DNA from: Clostridiales bacterium
GTDB taxonomy: Bacteria > Bacillota > Clostridia > Oscillospirales > Acutalibacteraceae
Direction of reading: 5' to 3'
DNA: 47,886 bases
Assembly: GCA_021202245.1 (NCBI GenBank)
Contig: JAJQDK010000010.1
Coordinates: forward strand, 1-47,886
Positions 39,399 to 47,886 of this stretch are shown piece after piece. Positions within the stretch are counted from its first letter, which is position 1. Every line of letters starts with the position of its first letter. A program made the translations under genes and the position numbers. The notes under the pieces were generated by a model. The model did no database searches and was not told the DNA's origin. It saw nothing but the letters and a program-made list of their open reading frames with translations.

Positions 39399-39416
39399 AG
39401 TTATTCCTCCTCTTCC

Positions 39417-39776
39417 TTAGAAATTGAGGCCGCCCTCACGAGCGCCTTCGGCCAATTCTTTTACACGGCCGTGATATATGTTACCGCCTCTGTCGAATAC
39501 AACATCGGTGATATTCTTTTTCTTGGCACGCTGCGCAATAAGTGCGCCGACTGCCTTTGCTGCCTCTTTGTTTCCGCCATTACCCGTAATGGTCTTGTCA
39601 AGGCTTGATGCCTGAGCAAGTGTTACACCGGCTACGTCGTCAATAATTTGAGCGTAGATATTGTTAGTAGAGCGGAATACGCACAAACGCGGACAAGCTG
39701 CTGTTCCGCTGACTTTGCTGCGGACTCTCTTATGGCGTTTTGCGCGTGCCTTTTTTGTATCAGGTCTGCTTACCAT
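39417..39776 (-). CDS. rplR: 50S ribosomal protein L18
   Basis: PRL.VFRS and VVFDRGG..YHGRV. Confidence 0.97.
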   Translation of the reverse strand: MVSRPDTKKARAKRHKRVRSKVSGTAACPRLCVFRSTNNIYAQIIDDVAGVTLAQASSLDKTITGNGGNKEAAKAVGALIAQRAKKKNITDVVFDRGGNIYHGRVKELAEGAREGGLNF

Positions 39777-39794
39777 TTATAATTCACTCCTTAA

Positions 39795-40337
39795 TTATTT
39801 GCCCTTACCGGCCTTGCCTTCCTTGCGGCGAATAACTTCATCAGCGTACTTAATACCTTTGCCCTTATACGGCTCCGGTGGACGCTTTTCTCTTACTTCG
39901 GCAGCAAACTGACCAACCTTTTGCTTATCAATGCCGACAATAACAATCTTGTTGGGATCGGGAACTTCAATCTTGATGTCGTCCGTATCCTCAACAATTA
40001 CCTGGTGAGAAAAACCGAGGTTCATAACGCATTTGTTGCCCTGCTTCTGGACACGGTAACCAACGCCGTTTACTTCAAGCTCCTTCTTGTAGCCTTCGGT
40101 AACACCGATCACCATATTGTTGATAAGTGTTCTTGTAAGGCCGTGAAGCGAGCGGTTTTCTTTTGCATCATCCGGACGAGTAACCTCAATTACGTTGTCC
40201 TTGATTTCAACTGTCATAGCGGGGTTGTACTTGAAATCGAGCGTTCCCTTGGGTCCTTTGACAGTGATTACGCCGTCAGCAATAGTAGCTGTAACTCCGG
40301 CGGGAATATTTATAGGTTTTCTTCCAATTCGAGACAT
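39795..40337 (-). CDS. rplF: 50S ribosomal protein L6
   Basis: MSRIGRKP and PEPYKGKGI. Confidence 0.97.
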   Translation of the reverse strand: MSRIGRKPINIPAGVTATIADGVITVKGPKGTLDFKYNPAMTVEIKDNVIEVTRPDDAKENRSLHGLTRTLINNMVIGVTEGYKKELEVNGVGYRVQKQGNKCVMNLGFSHQVIVEDTDDIKIEVPDPNKIVIVGIDKQKVGQFAAEVREKRPPEPYKGKGIKYADEVIRRKEGKAGKGK

Positions 40338-40352
40338 TTATCGCACCTCCTC

Positions 40353-40751
40353 TTACCAAATGTAAGCGAGAACTTCGCCGCCAACATGCTCTTTGCGTGC
40401 CTGACGGTCTGTCATAACACCCTTAGATGTGGAAATGATGGCGATTCCGAGTCCCTTCATTACCTTTGGCATATCTTCTGCATTGCTGTAAATACGTAAA
40501 CCGGGCTTAGACACACGGCGAAGACCTGTGATAACAGGAGTCTTGTCTGCTGTGTATTTAAGATTTACTTTAATTACGCCCTGCTTGCCGTCTTCTATAA
40601 CTGTGAAATTCCTGATGTAGCCCTCGTCAACAAGAATCTGACAAATGGCTTTTTTCAGGTTTGATGAAGGAATTTCAACAGAGTCGTGCTTTGCTGAGTT
40701 AGCATTACGGATTCTTGTAAGCAAATCAGCGATTGTATCTGTAATCTGCAT
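40353..40751 (-). CDS. rpsH: 30S ribosomal protein S8
   Basis: [11 protein letters not shown] and [10 protein letters not shown]. Confidence 0.97.
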   Translation of the reverse strand: MQITDTIADLLTRIRNANSAKHDSVEIPSSNLKKAICQILVDEGYIRNFTVIEDGKQGVIKVNLKYTADKTPVITGLRRVSKPGLRIYSNAEDMPKVMKGLGIAIISTSKGVMTDRQARKEHVGGEVLAYIW

Positions 40752-40771
40752 TGCGTTTTACCTCCCTTTAC

Positions 40772-40957
40772 TTACCAGCTTGCTTTCTTTACGCCCGGGA
40801 TTTCGCCCTTGTAAGCGAGCTCACGGAAACAAATACGACATACACCATACTTGCGAAGGTAGGCGTGTGGTCTGCCACAGATTTTACATCTTGAATATTC
40901 CCTTGTAGAGAATTTTTGCTTTCTCTGCTGCTTTACCTTCATTGAAGTCTTAGCCAC
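40772..40957 (-). CDS. rpsZ: 30S ribosomal protein S14, Zn-binding type Z
   Basis: RCKICGRP...CRICFRE...PGVKKASW. Confidence 0.95.
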   Translation of the reverse strand: MAKTSMKVKQQRKQKFSTREYSRCKICGRPHAYLRKYGVCRICFRELAYKGEIPGVKKASW

Positions 40958-40969
40958 AACAATCCCTCC

Positions 40970-41509
40970 TTACTTTGAAAACGGAGCGCCCATAAGAGCC
41001 AGCAGCTCACGAGCTTCTTCGTCTGTGTTTGCGGTTGTTACAAAGCAAATGTCCATACCGCGTACCTTGTCAATCTTGTCATAATCAATCTCAGGGAATA
41101 TAAGCTGTTCCTTAAGGCCCATATTGTAGTTTCCTCTGCCGTCAAAGGAATCGGGATTGATGCCTCTGAAATCTCGTACACGGGGAAGTGCAATGTTGAA
41201 GAGTCTGTCGAGAAATTCATACATTCTCTCGCCTCTGAGAGTTACCTTGCAGCCTATCGGCATACCCTCTCTGAGCTTGAAGTTAGCAACTGATTTTCTT
41301 GCTCTGCATATGAGAGGCTTCTGACCTGTGATGGCAGAAAGATCCTTGCAGATTGCGTCAATTACCTTTGAGTTTTCTCTTGCTTCGCCTGCGCCCACGT
41401 TGACAACAATTTTGTCAAGCTTGGGAATTTGCATTGTGCTCTTATAGGAGAACTTTTTCATAAGAGCAGGTGCAACTTCATTTGAATAATATTCTTTAAG
41501 TCTTGCCAT
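40970..41509 (-). CDS. rplE: 50S ribosomal protein L5
   Basis: [11 protein letters not shown] and LPRVRDFRG. Confidence 0.97.
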   Translation of the reverse strand: MARLKEYYSNEVAPALMKKFSYKSTMQIPKLDKIVVNVGAGEARENSKVIDAICKDLSAITGQKPLICRARKSVANFKLREGMPIGCKVTLRGERMYEFLDRLFNIALPRVRDFRGINPDSFDGRGNYNMGLKEQLIFPEIDYDKIDKVRGMDICFVTTANTDEEARELLALMGAPFSK

Positions 41510-41523
41510 ATCTTATTTCCTCC

Positions 41524-41841
41524 TTAAAGTGCTTCGCCGCATTTAACGCAAACTCTGCCCTTGGAGCCGTCCTCATAAATCTTGTGGCCGACTCTTGTAG
41601 GCTTTTTGCAGCGAGGGCAAACAATCTGAACCTTAGACGCATACATAGCGCCCTCAGCCTTGATTATACCGCCCTGTTCGCCCATCTTTCTGGGCTTAAC
41701 GTGCTTTGAAACCATATTGATTTTTTCTACGATTACTTTGCCTTCTTTGGGGCTAACCTCGAGAACCTGTCCCTTTTTGCCCTTATCCTTACCGCTGATA
41801 ACGATAACGGTGTCGCCTGTTTTTACATGAACCTTACTCAT
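41524..41841 (-). CDS. rplX: 50S ribosomal protein L24
   Basis: GDTV.VISGKDKGK. Confidence 0.96.
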   Translation of the reverse strand: MSKVHVKTGDTVIVISGKDKGKKGQVLEVSPKEGKVIVEKINMVSKHVKPRKMGEQGGIIKAEGAMYASKVQIVCPRCKKPTRVGHKIYEDGSKGRVCVKCGEAL

Positions 41842-41856
41842 AGTGTGACACCTCCA

Positions 41857-42225
41857 TTAAAGTACTTCGGGAGCGAGAGATAAAATCTTCATAAAGTCCT
41901 TATCACGAAGCTCTCTTGCTACCGGTCCGAAGATACGAGTACCTCTCGGGTTCTTATCTTCCTTAATAATTACAGCCGCATTTTCATCAAAACGGATGTA
42001 TGTGCCGTCCTCACGTCTTACGCCCTTTGCGGAACGAACGACAACGGCTCTTACAACGTCGCCCTTTTTAACAACACCGCCGGGTGCTGCTTTTTTAACA
42101 GAGGCAACTATAACATCGCCAATATTGGCATATCTCCTTCTGGTACCGCCGAGTACACGAATGCACATAAGTTCCTTTGCGCCGGTGTTGTCGGCAACCT
42201 TGAGGATGGTTTGCTGTTGAATCAC
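41857..42225 (-). CDS. rplN: 50S ribosomal protein L14
   Basis: VADNTGAK and [12 protein letters not shown]. Confidence 0.97.
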   Translation of the reverse strand: MIQQQTILKVADNTGAKELMCIRVLGGTRRRYANIGDVIVASVKKAAPGGVVKKGDVVRAVVVRSAKGVRREDGTYIRFDENAAVIIKEDKNPRGTRIFGPVARELRDKDFMKILSLAPEVL

Positions 42226-42258
42226 AGTGTATTCCTCCTTTTCTCAAAGCCGCTAAAC

Positions 42259-42519
42259 TTATTTAGCTTTCTCAATAATCTCGACGAGTCTCCATCTTTT
42301 ATCCTTAGAAAGAGGACGGGTCTCCATAACCTTTACACGGTCGCCAATGCTGCACTCGTTGTTCTCATCGTGCGCCTTAAAGCGAACTGTACGCTTAACA
42401 ATTTTATTATAAAGCTTATGCTTTACGCTGTCTTCAACGGCAACAACAATTGTCTTGTCCATCTTGTTGCTTACAACTTTTCCGACAACCGTTTTTCTCA
42501 TATTTCTGTTTTCACTCAC
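42259..42519 (-). CDS. rpsQ: 30S ribosomal protein S17
   Basis: [11 protein letters not shown] and [11 protein letters not shown]. Confidence 0.97.
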   Translation of the reverse strand: MSENRNMRKTVVGKVVSNKMDKTIVVAVEDSVKHKLYNKIVKRTVRFKAHDENNECSIGDRVKVMETRPLSKDKRWRLVEIIEKAK

Positions 42520-42536
42520 TGTTAAGTCCTCCTCTC

Positions 42537-42740
42537 TTAAGCTTCCGTACCGTCGATTTCACGCTGACGGAGTATGGTAGATACTCTTGCGATATCCTTC
42601 TTAACGGCACCGATTCTGGATGAGTTTTCAAGCTGATTAACAGCAAGCTGAAAACGAAGATTGAATAATTCTTCCTTGAGTTCAGTGAGCTTTGTCTGAA
42701 GCTCCTCAACCGTCATATCTCTGAGTTCCGATGCTCTCAT
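42537..42740 (-). CDS. rpmC: 50S ribosomal protein L29
   Basis: ELFNLRFQ...DIARV.T. Confidence 0.95.
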   Translation of the reverse strand: MRASELRDMTVEELQTKLTELKEELFNLRFQLAVNQLENSSRIGAVKKDIARVSTILRQREIDGTEA

Positions 42741-43159
42741 TACTGCTCACCCTCCTCTTTTTTAACAAACTTGCATTTGATGGGAAGCTTTGTAGAAGCA
42801 AGACGAAGAGCCTCTCTTGCTGTAGCTTCATCTACACCGCCAAGCTCAAACATAACCTTGCCGGGTTTAACAACTGCTGCCCAATACTCGGGAGCGCCCT
42901 TACCTTTACCCATACGGGTTTCGGCAGGTCTTGCCGTGATGGGCTTGTCGGGGAAGATTTTAATCCAAACCTTACCGAATCTTTTGCAGTAACGAGTCAT
43001 AGCGACACGGGCTGCCTCAATCTGATTTGAGGTAATCCAAGCGGGCTCGGCAGCCTGAAGGCCGTAATCGCCGTAAGTAACTTTGTTACCGCGAAGAGCC
43101 TTACCGGTCATACGACCTCTCTGTACTCTTCTGTACTTAACTCTCTTAGGTAATAACAT
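42740..43159 (-). CDS. rplP: 50S ribosomal protein L16
   Basis: [10 protein letters not shown] and [12 protein letters not shown]. Confidence 0.97.
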   Translation of the reverse strand: MLLPKRVKYRRVQRGRMTGKALRGNKVTYGDYGLQAAEPAWITSNQIEAARVAMTRYCKRFGKVWIKIFPDKPITARPAETRMGKGKGAPEYWAAVVKPGKVMFELGGVDEATAREALRLASTKLPIKCKFVKKEEGEQ

Positions 43160-43830
43160 TACTTTCTGCCTCCTTCTCTGCGGGGCTTCCTCGATTTAAC
43201 CTCGTTAAGAACTTCACCCTTGTAAAGCCATACCTTAACGCCGATTTTGCCGTAGGTTGTGTTAGCCTCTGCGAAACCGTAGTCAATATCTGCACGAAGC
43301 GTCTGAAGCGGAATTGTACCCTCATGGTACTGTTCGGAACGGGCAATTTCAGCACCGCCGAGACGGCCCGAACACATAATCTTGATACCCTTCGCACCGC
43401 GGCGCATAGCGTTGCCGATTGACTGCTTCATGGCGCGGCGGAATGAAATTCTCTTTTCAAGCTGCTGAGCAACGTTTTCAGCTACAAGCTGAGCGTCAAG
43501 CTCGGGAGCCTTTACTTCAATAATATTGATAGCAACGGGCTTGTTAAGCATCTTTTCGCACTGGAGCTTGAGCTTCTCGATTTCGGAGCCGCCCTTGCCG
43601 ATAACAAGACCGGGCTTAGCGCAGTGAATACTGATTCTTACCTTTTTGCCGTCGCGCTCAATTTCAATCTTTGAGATACCGAAGTTGTAAAGCTGAGCCT
43701 TCAGTGTTTTACGGAGGTTATAATCCTCAACAAGCGTATCGCCGAAGTCTTTTTTGTTTGCAAACCAACGTGAATCCCAATCTTTAATTACACCGACACG
43801 AAGTCCGTGCGGATTAACTTTCTGACCCAT
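43159..43830 (-). CDS. rpsC: 30S ribosomal protein S3
   Basis: [11 protein letters not shown] and [11 protein letters not shown]. Confidence 0.97.
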   Translation of the reverse strand: MGQKVNPHGLRVGVIKDWDSRWFANKKDFGDTLVEDYNLRKTLKAQLYNFGISKIEIERDGKKVRISIHCAKPGLVIGKGGSEIEKLKLQCEKMLNKPVAINIIEVKAPELDAQLVAENVAQQLEKRISFRRAMKQSIGNAMRRGAKGIKIMCSGRLGGAEIARSEQYHEGTIPLQTLRADIDYGFAEANTTYGKIGVKVWLYKGEVLNEVKSRKPRREGGRK

Positions 43831-43844
43831 AATTTAACCTCCTC

Positions 43845-44201
43845 TTAGTCTTCTTTTTCCTTGAGTACGAGGGAAATGTGAGAAGTTCTCTTGTTAATTC
43901 TGAACGCTCTGCCCTGTGCTCTCGGACGAATTCTTTTAAGGATGGGGCCTGCCGTAGCGTTGCACTCTGCAACGTAGAGCCTGGATACATCCATATCATG
44001 GTTGTTCTCAGCGTTTGCCATAGCTGAACGGAGCAGCTTTAAAAGCGGCTCGCAAGCGGCTTTGGGAGTGTGCTTGAGAACAGCTTCCGCATACTTAACA
44101 TCCTTGCCTCTGATGAGGTCGATGACTACGTTAACCTTGCGGGGTGAAATACGAACAAATTTAGCATTTGCCCTTGCTTCAGTCTGTGTTTCCATCTGCA
44201 T
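43845..44201 (-). CDS. rplV: 50S ribosomal protein L22
   Basis: RISPRK and [15 protein letters not shown]. Confidence 0.96.
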   Translation of the reverse strand: MQMETQTEARANAKFVRISPRKVNVVIDLIRGKDVKYAEAVLKHTPKAACEPLLKLLRSAMANAENNHDMDVSRLYVAECNATAGPILKRIRPRAQGRAFRINKRTSHISLVLKEKED

Positions 44202-44215
44202 TACTCTCCTTCCGC

Positions 44216-44488
44216 TTATTTAGACGTTTTGGAACCGGCATGACCCTTAAAGGTTCTCGTCGGCGCAAATTCACCGAGCTTGTGACCTACCATATCCTCG
44301 GTCACATATACCGGAACGTGTTTTCTGCCGTCGTGAACGGCAAAGGTATGACCTACAAATTCAGGGAAAATTGTTGAACTTCTTGACCAAGTCTTTAAAA
44401 TTCTCTTTTCGCCCGATTCGTTCATCTCAAGAACCCTTTTGAGCAGTACAGGCTGAACAAAGGGACCCTTTTTAGTACTTCTACTCAT
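44216..44488 (-). CDS. rpsS: 30S ribosomal protein S19
   Basis: KTWSRSS and [13 protein letters not shown]. Confidence 0.97.
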   Translation of the reverse strand: MSRSTKKGPFVQPVLLKRVLEMNESGEKRILKTWSRSSTIFPEFVGHTFAVHDGRKHVPVYVTEDMVGHKLGEFAPTRTFKGHAGSKTSK

Positions 44489-44511
44489 AGTTATAAGCTC
44501 CTTTCTCTGCC

Positions 44512-45345
44512 TTACTTACCGTTTCTTCTGCGAACGATAAGCTTATCGCTGCTCTTGTTGTTCTTACGAGTCTTATAGCCGAGTGCGGGCTTACCCCAAG
44601 GGGTAACAGGGCCCGGACGGCCTACGGGAGATTTACCTTCACCGCCGCCGTGGGGGTGGTCGTTCGGGTTCATTACGGAACCGCGCACGGTGGGTCTCCA
44701 ACCCATATTTCTCTTGCGACCTGCTTTACCGATTTTTACATTCTCGTGGTCAATGTTGCCAACCTGTCCGATTGTAGCCATACAAGCTTCGGGAACATTT
44801 CTCAGCTCGCCGGAGGGAAGTCTTAACAGTGCTAAACCGTTTTCCCTTGCCATAAGCTGAGCCATATTGCCTGCCGAACGAGCAAGCTGAGCGCCCCTGC
44901 CGGGGTAAAGCTCTACGTTGTGGATGAATGTACCTACAGGAATAGCTGTAAGCGGTAATGCGTTGCCGGGTTTGATATCGGCATTTTCGCCTGCGAGCAC
45001 CTTGTCGCCTACCTTAAGTCCCTCGGGAGCAATAATGTAAGCTTTCTCGCCGTCGGTGTATTCAACAAGAGCGATAAACGCCGAACGGTTGGGATCGTAC
45101 TCTAATGTTTTTACTGTGCCTTCAACGTCAAATTTCTGACGCTTGAAGTCGATGATGCGGTACTTTCTGCGGTTGCCGCCGCCTCTGTGACGAACGGTGA
45201 TTCTTCCGTAGCTGTTGCGGCCTGCCTTTTTGTTTAAAGGAGCAAGTAAGCTTTTTTCCGGATCAACCTTTGAAAGAGCCGAATAATCTGTAACCGACAT
45301 ATTTCTTCTTGAGTTAATGGTCGGTTTGTATACTTTAATGGCCAT
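44512..45345 (-). CDS. rplB: 50S ribosomal protein L2
   Basis: EYDPNRSA and [13 protein letters not shown]. Confidence 0.97.
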   Translation of the reverse strand: MAIKVYKPTINSRRNMSVTDYSALSKVDPEKSLLAPLNKKAGRNSYGRITVRHRGGGNRRKYRIIDFKRQKFDVEGTVKTLEYDPNRSAFIALVEYTDGEKAYIIAPEGLKVGDKVLAGENADIKPGNALPLTAIPVGTFIHNVELYPGRGAQLARSAGNMAQLMARENGLALLRLPSGELRNVPEACMATIGQVGNIDHENVKIGKAGRKRNMGWRPTVRGSVMNPNDHPHGGGEGKSPVGRPGPVTPWGKPALGYKTRKNNKSSDKLIVRRRNGK

Positions 45346-45421
45346 TTGATTTCACTCTCCTCATGATGGCTTTGCGGGAATATGGCTTTTCCCATACATT
45401 CTGCCTGACTTGATTTCAGGC

Positions 45422-45715
45422 TTACATCATGCCTTCAAAAAATTCTATAGGCTTGCTGTCTTCTGCAAGTGTGATGATTGCTTTTTTCCAGCTCTTGGTG
45501 TAGCCGCCGTTGTTTCTGCCCTGACGGCGGAACTTACCTCTTACGCTGACGGTGTTTACCTTGGCAACCTTAACCTTGAAAACCTCTTCGCAAGCTTTTG
45601 CGATTTCAATTTTGTTTGCTGATTTGGCAACTTCAAAGGTATATACCTTGTTTGCCGCACCGATCATACTTTTTTCAGTAATTATCGGGCGAATTACAAT
45701 ATCATGAGCTATCAT
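45422..45715 (-). CDS. rplW: 50S ribosomal protein L23
   Basis: PIITEKS and WKKAI. Confidence 0.95.
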   Translation of the reverse strand: MIAHDIVIRPIITEKSMIGAANKVYTFEVAKSANKIEIAKACEEVFKVKVAKVNTVSVRGKFRRQGRNNGGYTKSWKKAIITLAEDSKPIEFFEGMM

Positions 45716-46335
45716 GCATATACCTCCTCAATCTTGCTTACGGCATCCTTAACAATAACGAGCTTGTCAGCGTTCAGAATGTCATACACATTAAGGGTGT
45801 TTACCTGAGCTGTCTTAACTCCGGGAATATTGCTTGCCGATTTAATAACCTTGCTGTCAACCTCGGGAAGTACAATAAGAGCCTTTTTGTCAGCCTCTAT
45901 TGCCTTGAGCATTGCAACAACTGTTTTGGTTTTATATTCGTCCATTGTAATTGAGTCAACAACTACAATCTCGTTCTCCTTAGCCTTTGAAGAGAAAGCC
46001 GACTTCATTGCAAGACGTCTTACCTTCTTGTTTACAGAGAATCTGTAATCTCTGGGCTTGGGAGCGAATACAACGCCGCCGTGTGTCCACTGCGGAGAAC
46101 GTGTCGAACCCTGTCTTGCACGTCCTGTGCCCTTTTGTCTCCACGGCTTTTTGCCGCCGCCGGAAACCTCTGCTCTTGTAAGAGCGGACTGTGTGCCCTG
46201 GCGCTGAGCAGCAAGATAGCTCAATACCATCTGATGCATAACAGCTTCATTGGGCTCAATACCGAATACGGAATCGGAAAGGTCGATTGAACCAACCTTT
46301 TTGCCTTCCATATCTACTACTGCTAAATTTGGCAT
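45712..46335 (-). CDS. rplD: 50S ribosomal protein L4
   Basis: [15 protein letters not shown]. Confidence 0.97.
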   Translation of the reverse strand: MPNLAVVDMEGKKVGSIDLSDSVFGIEPNEAVMHQMVLSYLAAQRQGTQSALTRAEVSGGGKKPWRQKGTGRARQGSTRSPQWTHGGVVFAPKPRDYRFSVNKKVRRLAMKSAFSSKAKENEIVVVDSITMDEYKTKTVVAMLKAIEADKKALIVLPEVDSKVIKSASNIPGVKTAQVNTLNVYDILNADKLVIVKDAVSKIEEVYA

Positions 46336-46351
46336 TTATAATCCCCCTTCC

Positions 46352-46984
46352 TTAAGCCTTAACGGAATCTTTAATTACTACGATTCCCTTATTTGGTCCG
46401 GGAACAGCGCCCTTAACAGCAATAAGGTTGTTCTCTGAGTCAACCTTAACGACTGTGAGGTTCTGAACTGTTACCCTCTCTGCGCCGAGATGACCTGCCA
46501 TCTTCTTGCCCTTCCAAACACGAGAGGGCGATGAGCAGGCACCGATTGAACCGCCGTGACGAACGCAGGGGCCTGTACCGTGGGATTCCTTAAGGCGCTG
46601 GAAGTTCCAACGCTTGATAACGCCTGCGGTACCCTTACCTTTGCTCTTGCCGGTTACGTCAATCTTGTCGCCGGGGGTGAATACATCTGCCTTAACGAGG
46701 TCGCCTATGTTGTAGGCGTCTGTGTCGTCAAAGTGGAACTCTTTAAGAGTCTTTTTGGGAGCTACACCCGATTTGTCAAAAAATCCCTTCATAGGCTTTG
46801 TAACCTTGTGCGGTTTCATATCGCCGAATCCGAACTGAACCGATGCGTAGCCGTCGTTTTCAACTGTTTTCTTGGCTGTAACCACGCAAGGACCTGCCTC
46901 GATAACAGTTACGGGAATAAATACTCCCTTTTCATCGAAAATCTGTGTCATTCCGACTTTCTTGCCGATGATTGCTTTTTGCAT
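46352..46984 (-). CDS. rplC: 50S ribosomal protein L3
   Basis: [15 protein letters not shown] and KGAVPG. Confidence 0.97.
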   Translation of the reverse strand: MQKAIIGKKVGMTQIFDEKGVFIPVTVIEAGPCVVTAKKTVENDGYASVQFGFGDMKPHKVTKPMKGFFDKSGVAPKKTLKEFHFDDTDAYNIGDLVKADVFTPGDKIDVTGKSKGKGTAGVIKRWNFQRLKESHGTGPCVRHGGSIGACSSPSRVWKGKKMAGHLGAERVTVQNLTVVKVDSENNLIAVKGAVPGPNKGIVVIKDSVKA

Positions 46985-47086
46985 TTTTGTATCCTCCTTA
47001 TAGGTTATTGGTTGGCGTCTGCCAACTTGACCCTGTCTGCTTGTAGGTTGGTATAAGATTTAAGCTAAGCAAGTGTGATGAGCTGA

Positions 47087-47398
47087 TTATAACTTAATCT
47101 CGATATCAACGCCGGCAGGGAGCTCTAAGCTCATAAGAGCCTCGACTGTCTTGTTTGACGGTCTTAAGATGTCGATAAGACGCTTGTGGGTTCTGATTTC
47201 AAACTGCTCACGGCTGTCCTTATATTTGTGAACGGCACGGAGAATTGTAACAATCTGCTTCTCAGTGGGAAGCGGAACCGGACCCGAAACTCTTGCGCCT
47301 GTGCGCTTAGCCGTAGCCACGATTCTCTCTGCCGACTGATCGACGAGCTGATGGTCATAACCCTTTAATCTTATTCTAATCTTTTCCTTGACTGCCAT
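47087..47398 (-). CDS. rpsJ: 30S ribosomal protein S10
   Basis: IRIRLK, GPVPLPT and SREQFE.RTHKR. Confidence 0.97.
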   Translation of the reverse strand: MAVKEKIRIRLKGYDHQLVDQSAERIVATAKRTGARVSGPVPLPTEKQIVTILRAVHKYKDSREQFEIRTHKRLIDILRPSNKTVEALMSLELPAGVDIEIKL

Positions 47399-47409
47399 AT
47401 CGTCGCCTC

Positions 47410-47720
47410 CTTAAAAATTTAGTTGGCGGGCGTTTGCTTCCAAAACTTTTTGAAACTCTGCCGGGTGTTTCCTCACCCCGCATTAAAAAACCCGTTTAAC
47501 TGTTCAGTTAACCGGGAACATCCTGAAAGCCGCAGAGCGCACTTACGGCAAAGCAACCCCATTGCCGTGTCAGCTCCTTTGTTTCATTGTAAATCGCCCG
47601 GTTTAAAATCGGACATACTCCACGGAAAAACCGGCAAAATTGCCGCAACCTCCCGCTTCATCGCATATCTATGTGCAGTCACGCAAGGATTATTATACTA
47701 TGAAAGCCGTTTAAATTCAA
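47410..47720 (-). promoter_or_regulatory. S10 operon promoter and long structured leader
   Basis: TTGAAT-17bp-TATAAT (47720-47692); leader of about 285 nt containing GCGATGAAGCGGGAGGTTGC and ACACCCGG, resembling Firmicute rpsJ leaders. Confidence 0.6.
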
Positions 47721-47791
47721 TAATTTTGCAAAATTATCCGTGTAGAATTTTTTGAAAATTTATCCTTAAAATTTTGTTAGATTTGCACATA

Positions 47792-47819
47792 TTGCAAAAT
47801 CGCCGCTTTCCTGTATAAT
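47792..47819 (+). promoter_or_regulatory. Plus-strand sigma-A-like promoter reading into the terminal element
   Basis: TTGCAA-16bp-TATAAT. Confidence 0.5.
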
Positions 47820-47838
47820 TGAATTAAGAGTTAATTTT

Positions 47839-47886
47839 AAATCGGAGCAACGCTCTGTCAAGCTCGCTTGAAACAGAGCTTGCGAT
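47839..47886 (+). repeat. 5' part (unit A) of the long element, cut by the window edge
   Basis: aaatcggagcaacgctctgtcaagctcgcttgaaacagagcttgcgat differs from 6220-6267 at two positions. Confidence 0.9.

Noticed and set aside
46985-47086. TAGGTT half-sites between rpsJ and rplC, GAATAGGTT in rpoB (about 19044), and the hairpin after nfnB (31878-31912) as further family members
   Set aside because: Only 6-9 bp matches without a partner end or shared interior; compatible with chance.
1-47886. Window could be a circular element, since it ends in the 5' part and begins in the 3' part of the same repeat
   Set aside because: The ends do not overlap (about 65 bp of the element is missing between them) and the content is essential chromosomal genes; a contig break at repeats is simpler.

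Overview
Chromosomal window from a Ruminococcus-like (Oscillospiraceae) gut Firmicute. The taxon is inferred from two R. bromii-type dockerin proteins and a Sas6-like CBM26/CBM74 starch adhesin. Core genes: glgB, tmcAL/ackA, rpoB-rpoC, ldh, nfnAB and the complete S10-spc-alpha ribosomal superoperon (rpsJ to rplQ, including rpmJ and rpmD, which the ORF track misses). Accessory region (about 5.4-17.3 kb): an OmpR-type two-component system with a secreted tannase-like esterase-dockerin, ybjQ, TetR, ybaK, MarR plus a YczE-type membrane protein, nnrE and a nonsense-interrupted HPr-kinase-like gene. The most striking non-coding signal is a dispersed, modular family of about 15 small hairpin elements (15-170 bp). 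They share the termini (T)AAC(C/T)...AG(G/A)TT(A), and most are flanked by TA. Three gene stop codons form an element end, two proteins read through mini-copies, four copies sit just downstream of sigma-A promoters, and two copies bracket the sas6-like gene as direct repeats with its promoter outside. The window begins and ends inside copies of the long form, and one copy is fused to a fragment of a phage replication initiator with iterons. No recombinase or transposase gene is in the window, so the mechanism (MITE, Xer/attC-like ssDNA site or structured RNA) is untested. A separate nested GTAG-REP/heptamer repeat hotspot lies at 13.25-13.83 kb.
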